Of a stretch of DNA of 64,000 nt, positions 24,857 to 34,547 are shown piece by piece (the stretch's first letter is position 1; each line of letters begins with the position of its first letter). Both the position numbers and the translations under genes were made by a program. Origin of the DNA: a virus; the UHGV virus genome UHGV-0038498; one strand, given 5' to 3'. A model generated the notes under the pieces. The model did not search any database. It was given only the letters and a program-made list of their open reading frames with translations, and was not told the origin of the DNA.

Positions 24857-26674
24857 ATGATTAAGAATGAAATTAAAATTCTGAGCGATATTGAACATAT
24901 CAAAAAGCGTAGCGGCATGTATATTGGCTCTTCTGCTAATGAAATGCATGAGCGCTTTCTGTTTGGTAAATGGGAAAGTGTTCAGTATGTACCTGGTCTT
25001 GTTAAGCTTATTGATGAAATTATCGATAACTCAGTAGATGAAGGTATTCGTACTAAGTTTAAATTCGCAAATAAAATTAACGTTACTATTAAAAACAATC
25101 AAGTAACAGTTGAAGATAACGGTCGTGGTATTCCGCAAGCGATGGTTAAAACACCTACCGGCGAAGAAATTCCTGGTCCTGTTGCTGCCTGGACTATTCC
25201 AAAAGCAGGTGGTAACTTTGGTGATGATAAAGAACGCGTCACTGGCGGTATGAATGGTGTTGGTTCTAGTTTAACTAACATTTTTTCTGTGATGTTTGTT
25301 GGTGAAACTGGCGACGGTCAAAATAATATTGTAGTTCGTTGTTCAAATGGCATGGAAAATAAATCATGGGAAGATATTCCCGGAAAATGGAAAGGAACTC
25401 GTGTTACTTTCATTCCTGATTTTATGTCATTTGAAACTAATGAGCTATCTCAAGTTTATCTTGACATTACACTAGATCGTCTCCAGACACTTGCAGTAGT
25501 TTATCCTGATATTCAATTTACCTTTAATGGTAAAAAGGTTCAGGGTAATTTTAAGAAATATGCACGCCAATATGATGAGCATGCTATTGTTCAAGAACAA
25601 GAAAATTGTTCTATTGCGGTTGGTCGTTCACCGGATGGTTTTCGTCAATTAACATACGTCAATAACATTCATACTAAGAATGGTGGCCATCATATTGACT
25701 GTGTTATGGATGATATTTGTGAAGACCTTATTCCACAAATCAAACGTAAGTTCAAAATTGATGTAACTAAAGCACGTGTTAAAGAATGTTTGACTATCGT
25801 CATGTTTGTTCGTGATATGAAAAACATGCGATTTGATTCTCAAACTAAAGAGCGTTTGACTTCTCCATTTGGTGAAATTCGTAGTCATATTCAGCTTGAT
25901 GCTAAAAAGATTTCACGCGCTATTTTAAACAATGAAGCAATTTTAATGCCAATTATTGAAGCTGCTTTGGCTCGTAAATTGGCGGCAGAAAAAGCAGCAG
26001 AAACTAAAGCAGCTAAAAAGGCTTCTAAAGCTAAGGTTCATAAACATATTAAAGCGAATCTTTGCGGTAAAGATGCTGACACGACTCTTTTCTTGACTGA
26101 GGGTGATTCTGCTATCGGATATCTTATTGATGTTCGTGATAAAGAACTTCATGGTGGTTATCCATTACGTGGTAAAGTTCTCAACAGTTGGGGTATGTCA
26201 TATGCTGATATGCTTAAAAATAAAGAACTGTTTGATATTTGCGCAATCACTGGATTAGTTCTTGGTGAAAAGGCTGAAAACTTAAATTATCATAATATTG
26301 CCATTATGACTGACGCTGACCATGATGGTCTAGGAAGCATTTATCCTTCTCTGCTCGGATTTTTTAGTAATTGGCCAGAACTGTTTGAACAAGGAAGAAT
26401 TCGCTTTGTCAAAACTCCTGTAATCATCGCTCAGGTCGGTAAAAAACAAGAATGGTTTTATACAGTCGCTGAATATGAGAGTGCCAAAGATGCTCTACCT
26501 AAACATAGCATCCGTTATATTAAAGGACTTGGCTCTTTGGAAAAATCTGAATATCGTGAGATGATTCAAAATCCAGTATATGATGTTGTTAAACTTCCTG
26601 AGAACTGGAAAGAGCTTTTTGAAATGCTCATGGGAGATAATGCTGACCTTCGTAAAGAATGGATGAGCCAGTAG
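24857..26674 (+). CDS. 39: DNA topoisomerase II large (ATPase, GyrB-like) subunit gp39, uninterrupted form
   Basis: 605 aa from ATG 24857 (MIKNEIKILSDIEHIKKRSGMYIGSSANE...); continuous through the region that in T4 is split into genes 39 and 60 (...LVLGEKAENLNYHNIAIMTDADHDGLGSIYPSLLGFFSNWPELFEQ...). Confidence 0.92.
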   Translation: MIKNEIKILSDIEHIKKRSGMYIGSSANEMHERFLFGKWESVQYVPGLVKLIDEIIDNSVDEGIRTKFKFANKINVTIKNNQVTVEDNGRGIPQAMVKTPTGEEIPGPVAAWTIPKAGGNFGDDKERVTGGMNGVGSSLTNIFSVMFVGETGDGQNNIVVRCSNGMENKSWEDIPGKWKGTRVTFIPDFMSFETNELSQVYLDITLDRLQTLAVVYPDIQFTFNGKKVQGNFKKYARQYDEHAIVQEQENCSIAVGRSPDGFRQLTYVNNIHTKNGGHHIDCVMDDICEDLIPQIKRKFKIDVTKARVKECLTIVMFVRDMKNMRFDSQTKERLTSPFGEIRSHIQLDAKKISRAILNNEAILMPIIEAALARKLAAEKAAETKAAKKASKAKVHKHIKANLCGKDADTTLFLTEGDSAIGYLIDVRDKELHGGYPLRGKVLNSWGMSYADMLKNKELFDICAITGLVLGEKAENLNYHNIAIMTDADHDGLGSIYPSLLGFFSNWPELFEQGRIRFVKTPVIIAQVGKKQEWFYTVAEYESAKDALPKHSIRYIKGLGSLEKSEYREMIQNPVYDVVKLPENWKELFEMLMGDNADLRKEWMSQ

Positions 26675-26705
26675 TTTACTTTACCACAAGGATGTGGTAT
26701 AATTA
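26672..26705 (+). promoter_or_regulatory. Early promoter (-35 GTTTAC 26674-26679, -10 TATAAT 26698-26703)
   Basis: GTTTAC-N18-TATAAT overlapping the gene 39 stop. Confidence 0.5.
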
Positions 26706-26728
26706 ATTGGGCAAATGAGGATATTGAA

Positions 26729-26932
26729 ATGAAATCATATAAAGTAAATTTAGAACTTTTTGATAAAGCAGTTCATCGAGAATATAGAATCATTCAACGC
26801 TTTTTCGATATGGGAGAAGCTGAAGAGTTTAAAAACCGCTTTAAGGATATTAGAGATAAAATTCAATCCGACACCGCAACTAAAGATGAACTACTAGAAG
26901 TTGCTGAAGTTATTAAACGCAATATGAATTAA
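26729..26932 (+). CDS. Hypothetical protein (rIIA.1 position)
   Basis: 67 aa ORF immediately upstream of rIIA. Confidence 0.5.
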   Translation: MKSYKVNLELFDKAVHREYRIIQRFFDMGEAEEFKNRFKDIRDKIQSDTATKDELLEVAEVIKRNMN

Positions 26933-26942
26933 TGAGGAAATT

Positions 26943-29120
26943 ATGATTATCACCACTGAAAAAGAAACAATTCTTGGTAATGGTTCTAAATCAAAAGCAT
27001 TTAGCATTGCAGCAAATCCTAAAGTATTTAAAATTCTGTCATCTGATTTGTATACAAACAAGATTCGCGCAGTAGTCCGTGAATTGATTACCAACATGAT
27101 TGATGCCCATGCTCTCAATGGAAATCCTGAAAAATTTATCATTCAAGTTCCAGGACGATTAGATCCGCGATTTGTTTGCCGAGATTTTGGTCCGGGTATG
27201 AGCGATTTTGATATTCAAGGTGATGATAATTCTCCTGGGTTGTATAATTCATACTTTAGTTCATCTAAGGCTGAATCTAACGATTTCATTGGCGGATTTG
27301 GTTTAGGTTCTAAATCTCCGTTTAGCTATACTGATACATTTAGTATTACTTCATATCATAAAGGCGAAATTCGTGGTTATGTAGCTTACATGGATGGTGA
27401 TGGTCCGCAAATTAAACCTACATTCGTAAAAGAAATGGGTCCAGATGATAAAACTGGTATTGAAATCGTAGTTCCAGTTGAAGAAAAAGACTTTAGAAAC
27501 TTTGCTTATGAAGTTTCTTATATCATGCGACCATTCAAAGATTTGGCTATCATTAATGGTCTTGACCGCGAAATTGATTATTTTCCGGATTTTGATGACT
27601 ATTACGGTGTAAATCCAGAAAGATATTGGCCAGATCGTGGTGGATTGTATGCTATCTATGGTGGTATTGTTTATCCTATCGATGGTGTTATTAGAGACCG
27701 TAACTGGTTAAGCATCCGCAATGAAGTGAATTACATTAAGTTTCCAATGGGTTCACTTGATATTGCTCCATCACGCGAAGCTCTTTCACTAGATGATCGT
27801 ACCCGTAAAAATATTATTGAGCGTGTTAAAGAGCTTAGTGAGAAGGCATTCAATGAAGATGTAAAACGATTTAAAGAATCTACATCTCCTCGTCATACAT
27901 ACCGTGAATTGATGAAGATGGGATATTCTGCTCGAGATTATATGATTAGTAATTCAGTCAAATTTACGACTAAAAATCTGTCATATAAGAAGATGCAAAG
28001 TATGTTTGAACCTGATAGTAAACTATGCAATGCAGGAGTTGTGTATGAAGTAAATCTTGACCCTCGGCTGAAACGCATTAAGCAAAGCCATGAAACTTCA
28101 GCCATTGCATCAAGTTATCGTCTATTTGGTATTAATACAACAAAAATTAATATCGTTATTGATAATATTAAAAATCGTGTTAATATTGTCCGTGGATTAG
28201 CGCATGCGTTAGATGATAAAGAATTTAACAACACTTTGAATATTCATCACAACGAGCGTCTTCTGTTTATTAATCCGGAAGTAGAATCGCAGATTGATTT
28301 ACTCCCTGATATTATGGCAATGTTTGAAAGTGATGAAGTTAACATTCATTATTTGTCAGAAATTGAAGCTTTAGTTAAAAGTTATATTCCGAAGGCAGTT
28401 AAAAGTAAAGCTCCTCGTCCTAAAGCTGCTACTGCATTTAAGTTTGAAATTAAAGACGGGCGCTGGGAAAAAGAGGAACTGTTTACACTTACGTCAGAAG
28501 CAGATGAAATTACTGGTTATGTAGCATACATGCATCGTTCTGATATTTTCTCTATGGATGGTACTACATCGCTTTGTCATCCATCTATGAGTATTTTGAC
28601 TCGTATGGCTAATCTTATTGGCATTAATGAATTTTATGTTATTCGTCCGCTTTTGCAGAAAAAGGTAAAAGAACTTGGTCAGTGCCAATGTATTTTTGAA
28701 ACTCTGCGTGATTTATATGTAGATGCTTTTGATGCTGTAGATTATGATAAGTATGTAGGTTATTCAAGTTCAGCTAAACGATATATTGATAAAATTATTA
28801 AGTATCCTGAACTCGATTTTATGATGAAGTACTTCAGTGTAGATGAAGTTTCTGAAGAATATACTCGCCTTGGTAATATGGTTAGTTCATTGCAGGGTAT
28901 ATATTTCAACGGTGGAAAAGGTACCATCGGTCATGATATCTGGACAGTAACTAATCTTTTTGATGTATTGTCAAATAATGCTTCAAAAAACAGTGATAAA
29001 ATGGTCGTTGAGTTTACCAAGAAATTCCGTATTGTTTCCGACTTCATCGGTTATCGCAACTCTTTAAGTGATGATGAAGTTTCCCAAATCGCTAAAACTA
29101 TGAAGGCCCTTGCGGCCTAA
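26943..29120 (+). CDS. rIIA: rIIA protein (lysis-inhibition / Rex exclusion-related membrane-associated ATPase-like)
   Basis: 725 aa [65 protein letters not shown]...; T4 rIIA length and sequence. Confidence 0.93.
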   Translation: MIITTEKETILGNGSKSKAFSIAANPKVFKILSSDLYTNKIRAVVRELITNMIDAHALNGNPEKFIIQVPGRLDPRFVCRDFGPGMSDFDIQGDDNSPGLYNSYFSSSKAESNDFIGGFGLGSKSPFSYTDTFSITSYHKGEIRGYVAYMDGDGPQIKPTFVKEMGPDDKTGIEIVVPVEEKDFRNFAYEVSYIMRPFKDLAIINGLDREIDYFPDFDDYYGVNPERYWPDRGGLYAIYGGIVYPIDGVIRDRNWLSIRNEVNYIKFPMGSLDIAPSREALSLDDRTRKNIIERVKELSEKAFNEDVKRFKESTSPRHTYRELMKMGYSARDYMISNSVKFTTKNLSYKKMQSMFEPDSKLCNAGVVYEVNLDPRLKRIKQSHETSAIASSYRLFGINTTKINIVIDNIKNRVNIVRGLAHALDDKEFNNTLNIHHNERLLFINPEVESQIDLLPDIMAMFESDEVNIHYLSEIEALVKSYIPKAVKSKAPRPKAATAFKFEIKDGRWEKEELFTLTSEADEITGYVAYMHRSDIFSMDGTTSLCHPSMSILTRMANLIGINEFYVIRPLLQKKVKELGQCQCIFETLRDLYVDAFDAVDYDKYVGYSSSAKRYIDKIIKYPELDFMMKYFSVDEVSEEYTRLGNMVSSLQGIYFNGGKGTIGHDIWTVTNLFDVLSNNASKNSDKMVVEFTKKFRIVSDFIGYRNSLSDDEVSQIAKTMKALAA

Positions 29121-29131
29121 TAAGGAAAATT

Positions 29132-30070
29132 ATGTACAATATTAAATGTCTGACCAAAAACGAACAAGCTGAAATTGTCAAACTGTATTCAAGCGGTAAT
29201 TACACCCAACAGGAATTGGCTGATTGGCAAGGTGTATCGGTTGACACAATCCGTCGTGTTTTGAAAAATGCTGAAGAAGCTGAGCGCTCCAAAGTTACCA
29301 TTAGCGGTGACATTACGGTTAAAGTTAATAGCGATACAGCTATCGCTCCAGTTGCTAAATCTGACATTATTTGGAATGCATCTAAAAAATTCATTTCAAT
29401 TACTGTTGACGGTGTAACTTATAACGCAACTCCTAATACTCATTCAAACTTCCAGGAAATTCTTAATCTGCTTGTTGCAGATAAATTGGAAGAAGCGGCA
29501 CAAAAAATTAACGTTCGTCGCGCTGTTGAAAAATATATTTCTGGTGATGTTCGAATTGAAGGCGGAAGCTTGTTCTATCAAAATATTGAATTGCGGTCTG
29601 GTTTAGTTGATCGTATTCTCGATTCGATGGAAAAAGGCGAAAACTTTGAATTTTATTTTCCGTTCTTGGAAAATTTGTTGGAAAACCCGAGCCAAAAGGC
29701 GGTATCTCGACTCTTTGATTTCTTGGTAGCAAACGATATTGAAATTACGGAAGACGGCTACTTCTATGCTTGGAAAGTAGTTCGCAGTAATTACTTTGAC
29801 TGTCATTCAAATACTTTTGATAACAGTCCCGGTAAAGTAGTTAAAATGCCACGTACTCGTGTGAATGACGATGATACACAAACTTGTTCTCGTGGTCTGC
29901 ATGTGTGTTCTAAATCTTATATTCGTCACTTTGGTAGTTCAACCAGCCGAGTTGTAAAAGTTAAAGTGCATCCGCGTGATGTAGTATCAATTCCGATTGA
30001 TTACAACGATGCTAAAATGCGTACCTGCCAATATGAAGTAGTTGAAGACGTTACTGAACAATTTAAATAA
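29132..30070 (+). CDS. rIIB: rIIB protein
   Basis: 312 aa MYNIKCLTKNEQAEIVKLYSSGNYTQQELADWQGVSVDTIRRVLKNAEE...; T4 rIIB length and sequence. Confidence 0.93.
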   Translation: MYNIKCLTKNEQAEIVKLYSSGNYTQQELADWQGVSVDTIRRVLKNAEEAERSKVTISGDITVKVNSDTAIAPVAKSDIIWNASKKFISITVDGVTYNATPNTHSNFQEILNLLVADKLEEAAQKINVRRAVEKYISGDVRIEGGSLFYQNIELRSGLVDRILDSMEKGENFEFYFPFLENLLENPSQKAVSRLFDFLVANDIEITEDGYFYAWKVVRSNYFDCHSNTFDNSPGKVVKMPRTRVNDDDTQTCSRGLHVCSKSYIRHFGSSTSRVVKVKVHPRDVVSIPIDYNDAKMRTCQYEVVEDVTEQFK

Positions 30071-30098
30071 GGGCTTCGGCCCTTAACTAAGGAAAATT

Positions 30099-30293
30099 AT
30101 GTTAGGTTATCAAGCACGAGTAAAAGAAGAATACGATCAATTAATGCTCAAAATTAATGCACTGAGCAAATTTTTAGAAAGCACAAAGTTTCTAACGATT
30201 AATGAAGTTGAGCAAGAATTACTGCTTTCACAGTTCATCTCAATGAAATCTTACGCAGATTGTTTAGAAAAAAGAATTGCACAATTCAAATAA
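30099..30293 (+). CDS. Hypothetical small protein (rIIB.1 position)
   Basis: 64 aa ORF with AAGGAAAATT upstream. Confidence 0.45.
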   Translation: MLGYQARVKEEYDQLMLKINALSKFLESTKFLTINEVEQELLLSQFISMKSYADCLEKRIAQFK

Positions 30294-30296
30294 AAT

Positions 30297-30320
30297 AAGG
30301 GGCTTCGGCCCTTTTGTTTT
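30297..30320 (+). terminator. Rho-independent terminator (AAGGGGC-TTCG-GCCCCTT + TTGTTTT)
   Basis: 7 bp stem, UUCG loop, T-rich tract. Confidence 0.6.
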
Positions 30321-30379
30321 AAGAGAAACTATGATTTATTGTATGAATATCAGTGATTCCGTCGTAAAAGGAAAGTTTA

Positions 30380-30937
30380 ATGCAGAAAACGAATCCGGGT
30401 TTACAGAGACTATTTCACATTCCGGCATTTACCATGTCGAACAGTGACTTGACTAGTGAAATGAAGGTCAAAATTGCTGATACAGCAAGATACTCTTTAA
30501 AACAAAACCCGAACCAGGATAAAGCAGAAGTTATCGAAAGATGCCGTATCGCTGTGTACGCAGAATTTTTTGTAGCAGATTGGTTGAGCGGGTATGTTAA
30601 CAAAGGCCAAGAGGATGTTAATGATCCGTATACATACGCATGGGATGTATTGGCGCATCCAAGATACTGCGGGCTTCGTGTAGAAGTTAAGACACATCAA
30701 ACTGACTCACGTTGGATTTCTGTAACAACAGGATGCAGCGGAGAGTATCCATATGGTTCTGGAATAAATCTAGGGCCCATTCTGAATCATCAGGTCGCTG
30801 ACTGTATAATTATATTCAACACTAAAGAAATTCATCCAGGTGTCATCCAGTACACTCCGAAGTTCATCGGTGATAGAGAAGACCTTCGTAAGGTTGTAAG
30901 AAAAAGCAACTACAACGGATGGTATCTTTCCATTTAA
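30380..30937 (+). CDS. denB: Endonuclease IV DenB (cytosine-DNA specific)
   Basis: 185 aa ORF at the T4 denB position next to rIIB; length matches T4 DenB. Confidence 0.6.
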   Translation: MQKTNPGLQRLFHIPAFTMSNSDLTSEMKVKIADTARYSLKQNPNQDKAEVIERCRIAVYAEFFVADWLSGYVNKGQEDVNDPYTYAWDVLAHPRYCGLRVEVKTHQTDSRWISVTTGCSGEYPYGSGINLGPILNHQVADCIIIFNTKEIHPGVIQYTPKFIGDREDLRKVVRKSNYNGWYLSI

Positions 30938-30949
30938 AAATTTTCACAA

Positions 30950-30985
30950 AACAGTTTACATACCACAAGGACTGTGGTACTATAC
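30950..30985 (+). promoter_or_regulatory. Early promoter (-35 GTTTAC 30954-30959, -10 TACTAT 30978-30983)
   Basis: GTTTAC-N18-TACTAT; member of the repeated promoter-leader cassette. Confidence 0.55.
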
Positions 30986-31010
30986 AACTATCAGCTACGG
31001 AGGAGTAAAA

Positions 31011-31274
31011 ATGAAATTTAAATTTTATTACGCTAAACATAAAATAACTGATGAGTTTGTGTCAGTTGAATATTCTAGCGATGATGAAGGTATGATTTAT
31101 ACTCGCTTGGGGCTATCGCACTGGGAGTCTGATACGCCTTATTTTTCAACTCCCGAAGAAATTACACGCTTAGTTAATGGTCATATGAATGACCACTGGT
31201 GTGTAATTCTTTCAGATAGTCTTAAAGCGGCTATTAATAGTAATGAAATGAAAATCGCTGAGATTGAACTATGA
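31011..31274 (+). CDS. Hypothetical protein
   Basis: 87 aa ORF after ACGGAGGAGTAAAA. Confidence 0.5.
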   Translation: MKFKFYYAKHKITDEFVSVEYSSDDEGMIYTRLGLSHWESDTPYFSTPEEITRLVNGHMNDHWCVILSDSLKAAINSNEMKIAEIEL

Positions 31275-31357
31275 GTTCATTGTGGTGGTGTTTTATTTGG
31301 TTAATTAGTATTCCATTAATTTGTTTAACATTTACTTTTGTGATGAGGTTATTATGA
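31271..31357 (+). CDS. Hypothetical hydrophobic microprotein (28 aa)
   Basis: MSSLWWCFIWLISIPLICLTFTFVMRLL; ATGA overlap with upstream stop; below ORF-track size cutoff. Confidence 0.35.
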   Translation: MSSLWWCFIWLISIPLICLTFTFVMRLL

Positions 31358-31452
31358 AAATTTTGAATTCTGTGCTTATTGCTTGTGCGTGGTGGGTTGC
31401 GCAAGTTTCAGCGGTAGTAGTTGGTATTCACATTTATTACGAATATTTTTAA
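31354..31452 (+). CDS. Hypothetical hydrophobic microprotein (32 aa)
   Basis: MKILNSVLIACAWWVAQVSAVVVGIHIYYEYF; start overlaps previous stop. Confidence 0.35.
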   Translation: MKILNSVLIACAWWVAQVSAVVVGIHIYYEYF

Positions 31453-31454
31453 AA

Positions 31455-31492
31455 AAAGTTGTTTACAAGACTGTTCCTCTGTGGTATTATTA
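31455..31492 (+). promoter_or_regulatory. Early promoter (-35 GTTTAC 31461-31466, -10 TATTAT 31485-31490)
   Basis: GTTTAC-N18-TATTAT. Confidence 0.5.
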
Positions 31493-31518
31493 TCCTATCA
31501 ACTACGGAGGAACAGAAA

Positions 31519-31632
31519 ATGAAAAAGATTGTTAAAGCTATATGGAATGTAGTTATAATACTAATAGTTTTGAGTATATTCCCAATCGTTTTAATGATTG
31601 ATGTATTAAACGCTTACTTTGGATTTATGTGA
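31519..31632 (+). CDS. Hypothetical hydrophobic microprotein (37 aa)
   Basis: MKKIVKAIWNVVIILIVLSIFPIVLMIDVLNAYFGFM; SD ACGGAGGA. Confidence 0.4.
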   Translation: MKKIVKAIWNVVIILIVLSIFPIVLMIDVLNAYFGFM

Positions 31633-31639
31633 GGAAAAT

Positions 31640-31837
31640 ATGAAGCGTAAACGCAGTGCTTTTACATTTATTGAATGGTTTTTCGATAATATTTTTCCGG
31701 CTTTATTCATTTTCATGCTGATTTTTGCCTTAGGTTCAGTTGTAGTTGGAATTTATTTGATGGCAGTTGTCGGAATGGACATTCATCAAAATGGTTTAAA
31801 ATCTGTGGTTGAAACAATTTGGAATGGTGTAAAATGA
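31640..31837 (+). CDS. Hypothetical membrane protein (65 aa)
   Basis: ATG 31640 after GTGAGGAAAATA; MKRKRSAFTFIEWFFDNIFPALFIFMLIFALGSVVVGIYLMAVVGMDIHQ... Confidence 0.45.
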   Translation: MKRKRSAFTFIEWFFDNIFPALFIFMLIFALGSVVVGIYLMAVVGMDIHQNGLKSVVETIWNGVK

Positions 31838-31944
31838 TAAATTTGCTGAGTGGTTGGTTTTATATTCTCATGTTTTACGTTGGTGCAAATTTTCCGTATT
31901 GGATGGGATGGTCAACAACTGCATTTGGATTTTATACTCCCTGA
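31834..31944 (+). CDS. Hypothetical hydrophobic microprotein (36 aa)
   Basis: MINLLSGWFYILMFYVGANFPYWMGWSTTAFGFYTP; ATGA overlap. Confidence 0.35.
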   Translation: MINLLSGWFYILMFYVGANFPYWMGWSTTAFGFYTP

Positions 31945-31952
31945 GGTGAATT

Positions 31953-32168
31953 ATGAAAATTTTTAAAGATGTAAAAGTTGGCGAAATTTTTTGCTTAGAT
32001 AGTGGTGATCAGTTAATTCGTATTTCACCTCTTAAGAGCACTAGCGAGAAAATGACAGTTAATGCTACTTTAGCAAACAACAGCAATGAACGTTTCTGTA
32101 TTGAAAATGATACTGAAACTTATACCGTAGAAGAGTTTTGGGAATTGAGCGTCGACTGCGACGATTAA
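31953..32168 (+). CDS. Hypothetical protein
   Basis: 71 aa ORF with GAGGTGAATT upstream. Confidence 0.45.
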   Translation: MKIFKDVKVGEIFCLDSGDQLIRISPLKSTSEKMTVNATLANNSNERFCIENDTETYTVEEFWELSVDCDD

Positions 32169-32228
32169 TTTATCGGGCCGTATGTATTCATGCGGCCTTG
32201 GAGTAGAAAATAATTAGAGGAAATTAAC

Positions 32229-32684
32229 ATGAAATATATGACTGTTACTGATTTGAATAATGCAGGCGCAACTGTTATTGGTACAATCAAGGGCGGTGAA
32301 TGGGTTTTTGGAACTCCGCATAAAGACATTTTGTCTAACCCTGGATTTTACTTTTTAGTGAGCAAATTTGGTGGTCCATTTGATAGTCCGTGTGTATCTG
32401 CACGATTTTATGTAGGTAATCAGCGTTCTAAGCAAGGATTCAGTGCAGTTCTAAGTCATATTCGTCAGCGTCGGTCTCAGCTTGCGCGTACTATTGCAAA
32501 TAACAATGTTCCATACACAGTATTTTATCTTCCTGCTTCTAAGATGAAACCTCTGACGACGGGATTTGGAAAAGGTCAGTTAGCTTTAGCGTTTACTCGT
32601 AATCATCATTCTGAGTATCAAACACTTGAAGAAATGAACCGTATGTTGGCTGATAACTTTAAATTTGTTTTGCAGGCATATTAA
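32229..32684 (+). CDS. ndd: Nucleoid disruption protein Ndd
   Basis: 151 aa [68 protein letters not shown]...; T4 Ndd. Confidence 0.9.
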
Positions 32685-32764
32685 TGAGTAATTTCCATAA
32701 CGAACATGTGATGCAGTTCTATCGTAACAATCTTAAAACCAAAGGCGTCTTCGGACGCCAGTGA
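32684..32764 (+). CDS. stp: Stp peptide (26 aa; inhibitor of type I restriction that activates the PrrC anticodon nuclease)
   Basis: [26 protein letters not shown]; start overlaps ndd stop (TAATG); matches the T4 Stp sequence I recall. Confidence 0.78.
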
Positions 32765-32771
32765 GGAAAAT

Positions 32772-32930
32772 ATGAATATCGCAAAATTATTAGGAGTTAT
32801 TTCATTTGTTTGTTGGATAGTAGCATGTGTTTTAACTATCTGTATCGATGCTAGCAGTGTGTTTTCACAAGCTTTAGCCCAGGGTATGTGTGCATATTTA
32901 ACATTTGTGTTGTTATCTACTAATGATTAA
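32772..32930 (+). CDS. Small membrane protein (52 aa), possibly the ac (acridine sensitivity) homologue
   Basis: MNIAKLLGVISFVCWIVACVLTICIDASSVFSQALAQGMCAYLTFVLLSTND; SD GTGAGGAAAATA. Confidence 0.45.
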   Translation: MNIAKLLGVISFVCWIVACVLTICIDASSVFSQALAQGMCAYLTFVLLSTND

Positions 32931-33063
32931 GAAAATCTTGGGCTATTCATTAGCCCTTGCTACTTTATTGGTAGCACTATATTATGGAGTAATGTTCGGA
33001 TTAATTCAAGTCGTGCTTTTCATTTCTGATGTTATTATGGCACTACATTCACTAGTATGGTAA
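32923..33063 (+). CDS. Hypothetical hydrophobic microprotein (46 aa)
   Basis: MIKKILGYSLALATLLVALYYGVMFGLIQVVLFISDVIMALHSLVW; overlaps previous ORF end. Confidence 0.35.
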   Translation: MIKKILGYSLALATLLVALYYGVMFGLIQVVLFISDVIMALHSLVW

Positions 33064-33067
33064 ATTT

Positions 33068-34396
33068 ATGCAACTGAATAATCGCGATTTAAAAAGTATC
33101 ATTGATAATGAAGCATTGGCTTATGCTATGTACACGGTTGAAAATCGTGCTATCCCAAATATGATTGATGGATTTAAGCCAGTTCAACGATTTGTTATTG
33201 CTCGAGCTCTTGATTTGGCACGAGGAAATAAAGATAAGTTTCACAAACTCGCTTCTATTGCAGGCGGTGTAGCAGACCTTGGATATCATCATGGTGAAAA
33301 CTCTGCACAAGACGCGGGTGCTTTGATGGCTAACACTTGGAATAATAACTTTCCTTTGTTAGATGGTCAAGGAAATTTTGGTTCTCGTACCGTTCAAAAA
33401 GCAGCGGCAAGTCGTTATATTTTTGCTCGTGTAAGTAAAAATTTCTATAACGTATATAAAGATACTGAATATGCTCCGGTACATCAAGATAAAGAACACA
33501 TTCCGCCTGCTTTCTATTTGCCTATTATTCCTACTGTTCTTCTTAACGGTGTTTCCGGTATTGCAACTGGTTATGCAACTTACATTCTTCCTCATAGTGT
33601 TTCTTCTGTCAAGAAAGCTGTACTGCAAGCTCTTCAAGGAAAGAAAGTAACTAAACCGAAGGTAGAATTCCCAGAATTTCGCGGTGAAGTCGTTGAAATT
33701 GACGGTCAATATGAAATTCGTGGAACGTACAAGTTTACTTCACGAACTCAAATGAATATCACTGAGATTCCATATAAGTATGATCGTGAAACTTATGTGA
33801 GTAAAATCTTAGACCCGCTTGAAGATAAAGGCTTCATTACGTGGGATGATGCTTGTGGTGAGCATGGTTTTGGCTTTAAAGTTAAATTCCGTAAAGAATA
33901 TTCTTTGAGCGATAACGAAGAAGAACGCCATGCAAAAATTATGAAAGACTTCGGGTTGATTGAGCGTCGTTCCCAGAATATTACTGTTATTAATGAGAAA
34001 GGAAAGCTGCAAGTTTACGATAACGTAGTTGATTTAATCAAAGACTTCGTTGAAGTTCGTAAAACTTATGTCCAAAAACGAATTGATAACAAAATCAAAG
34101 AAACTGAATCGGCATTTCGTTTAGCCTTTGCCAAGGCGCATTTCATTAAGAAAGTAATTTCAGGTGAAATTGTTGTACAAGGTAAAACTCGTAAAGAACT
34201 GACCGAAGAACTTTCTAAAATTGATATGTATTCTTCTTATGTTGATAAACTAGTTGGAATGAACATTTTTCATATGACTTCCGACGAAGCAAAGAAACTT
34301 GCTGAAGAAGCTAAAGCTAAAAAAGAAGAAAACGAATATTGGAAAACTACTGATGTAGTTACCGAATACACTAAAGATTTAGAGGAAATCAAATGA
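33068..34396 (+). CDS. 52: DNA topoisomerase II medium (GyrA-like, DNA breakage-reunion) subunit gp52
   Basis: 442 aa MQLNNRDLKSIIDNEALAYAMYTVENRAIPNMIDGFKPVQRFVIARALD...; T4 gp52 length and sequence. Confidence 0.92.
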   Translation: MQLNNRDLKSIIDNEALAYAMYTVENRAIPNMIDGFKPVQRFVIARALDLARGNKDKFHKLASIAGGVADLGYHHGENSAQDAGALMANTWNNNFPLLDGQGNFGSRTVQKAAASRYIFARVSKNFYNVYKDTEYAPVHQDKEHIPPAFYLPIIPTVLLNGVSGIATGYATYILPHSVSSVKKAVLQALQGKKVTKPKVEFPEFRGEVVEIDGQYEIRGTYKFTSRTQMNITEIPYKYDRETYVSKILDPLEDKGFITWDDACGEHGFGFKVKFRKEYSLSDNEEERHAKIMKDFGLIERRSQNITVINEKGKLQVYDNVVDLIKDFVEVRKTYVQKRIDNKIKETESAFRLAFAKAHFIKKVISGEIVVQGKTRKELTEELSKIDMYSSYVDKLVGMNIFHMTSDEAKKLAEEAKAKKEENEYWKTTDVVTEYTKDLEEIK

Positions 34397-34542
34397 GTCC
34401 ATTCATTGGTATTACAAGCGCTGCATTAGTATCCGGTGGCATTTTACTGGCGGGTTTAGGTGTTGTTCCTGCCGTAGCAGGAGGTCTTCTTGCGTTCGGA
34501 ATTCAACGTGTTATCATGACAGTTATCACAGTCATGCAGTAA
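34393..34542 (+). CDS. Hypothetical glycine-zipper membrane microprotein (49 aa)
   Basis: MSPFIGITSAALVSGGILLAGLGVVPAVAGGLLAFGIQRVIMTVITVMQ; ATGA overlap with gene 52 stop. Confidence 0.4.
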   Translation: MSPFIGITSAALVSGGILLAGLGVVPAVAGGLLAFGIQRVIMTVITVMQ

Positions 34543-34547
34543 TTTTA

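Noticed and set aside
25099-26152. Minus-strand ORFs within gene 39 (25099..25281, 25649..25888, 25943..26152)
   Set aside because: Antisense to a conserved topoisomerase gene; no supporting signals.
24857-26674. Search for the gene 60 translational bypass (50-nt hop) and a mobA insertion
   Set aside because: Gene 39 is one continuous frame through the relevant region; no take-off/landing GGA pair with intervening stop and hairpin is present.
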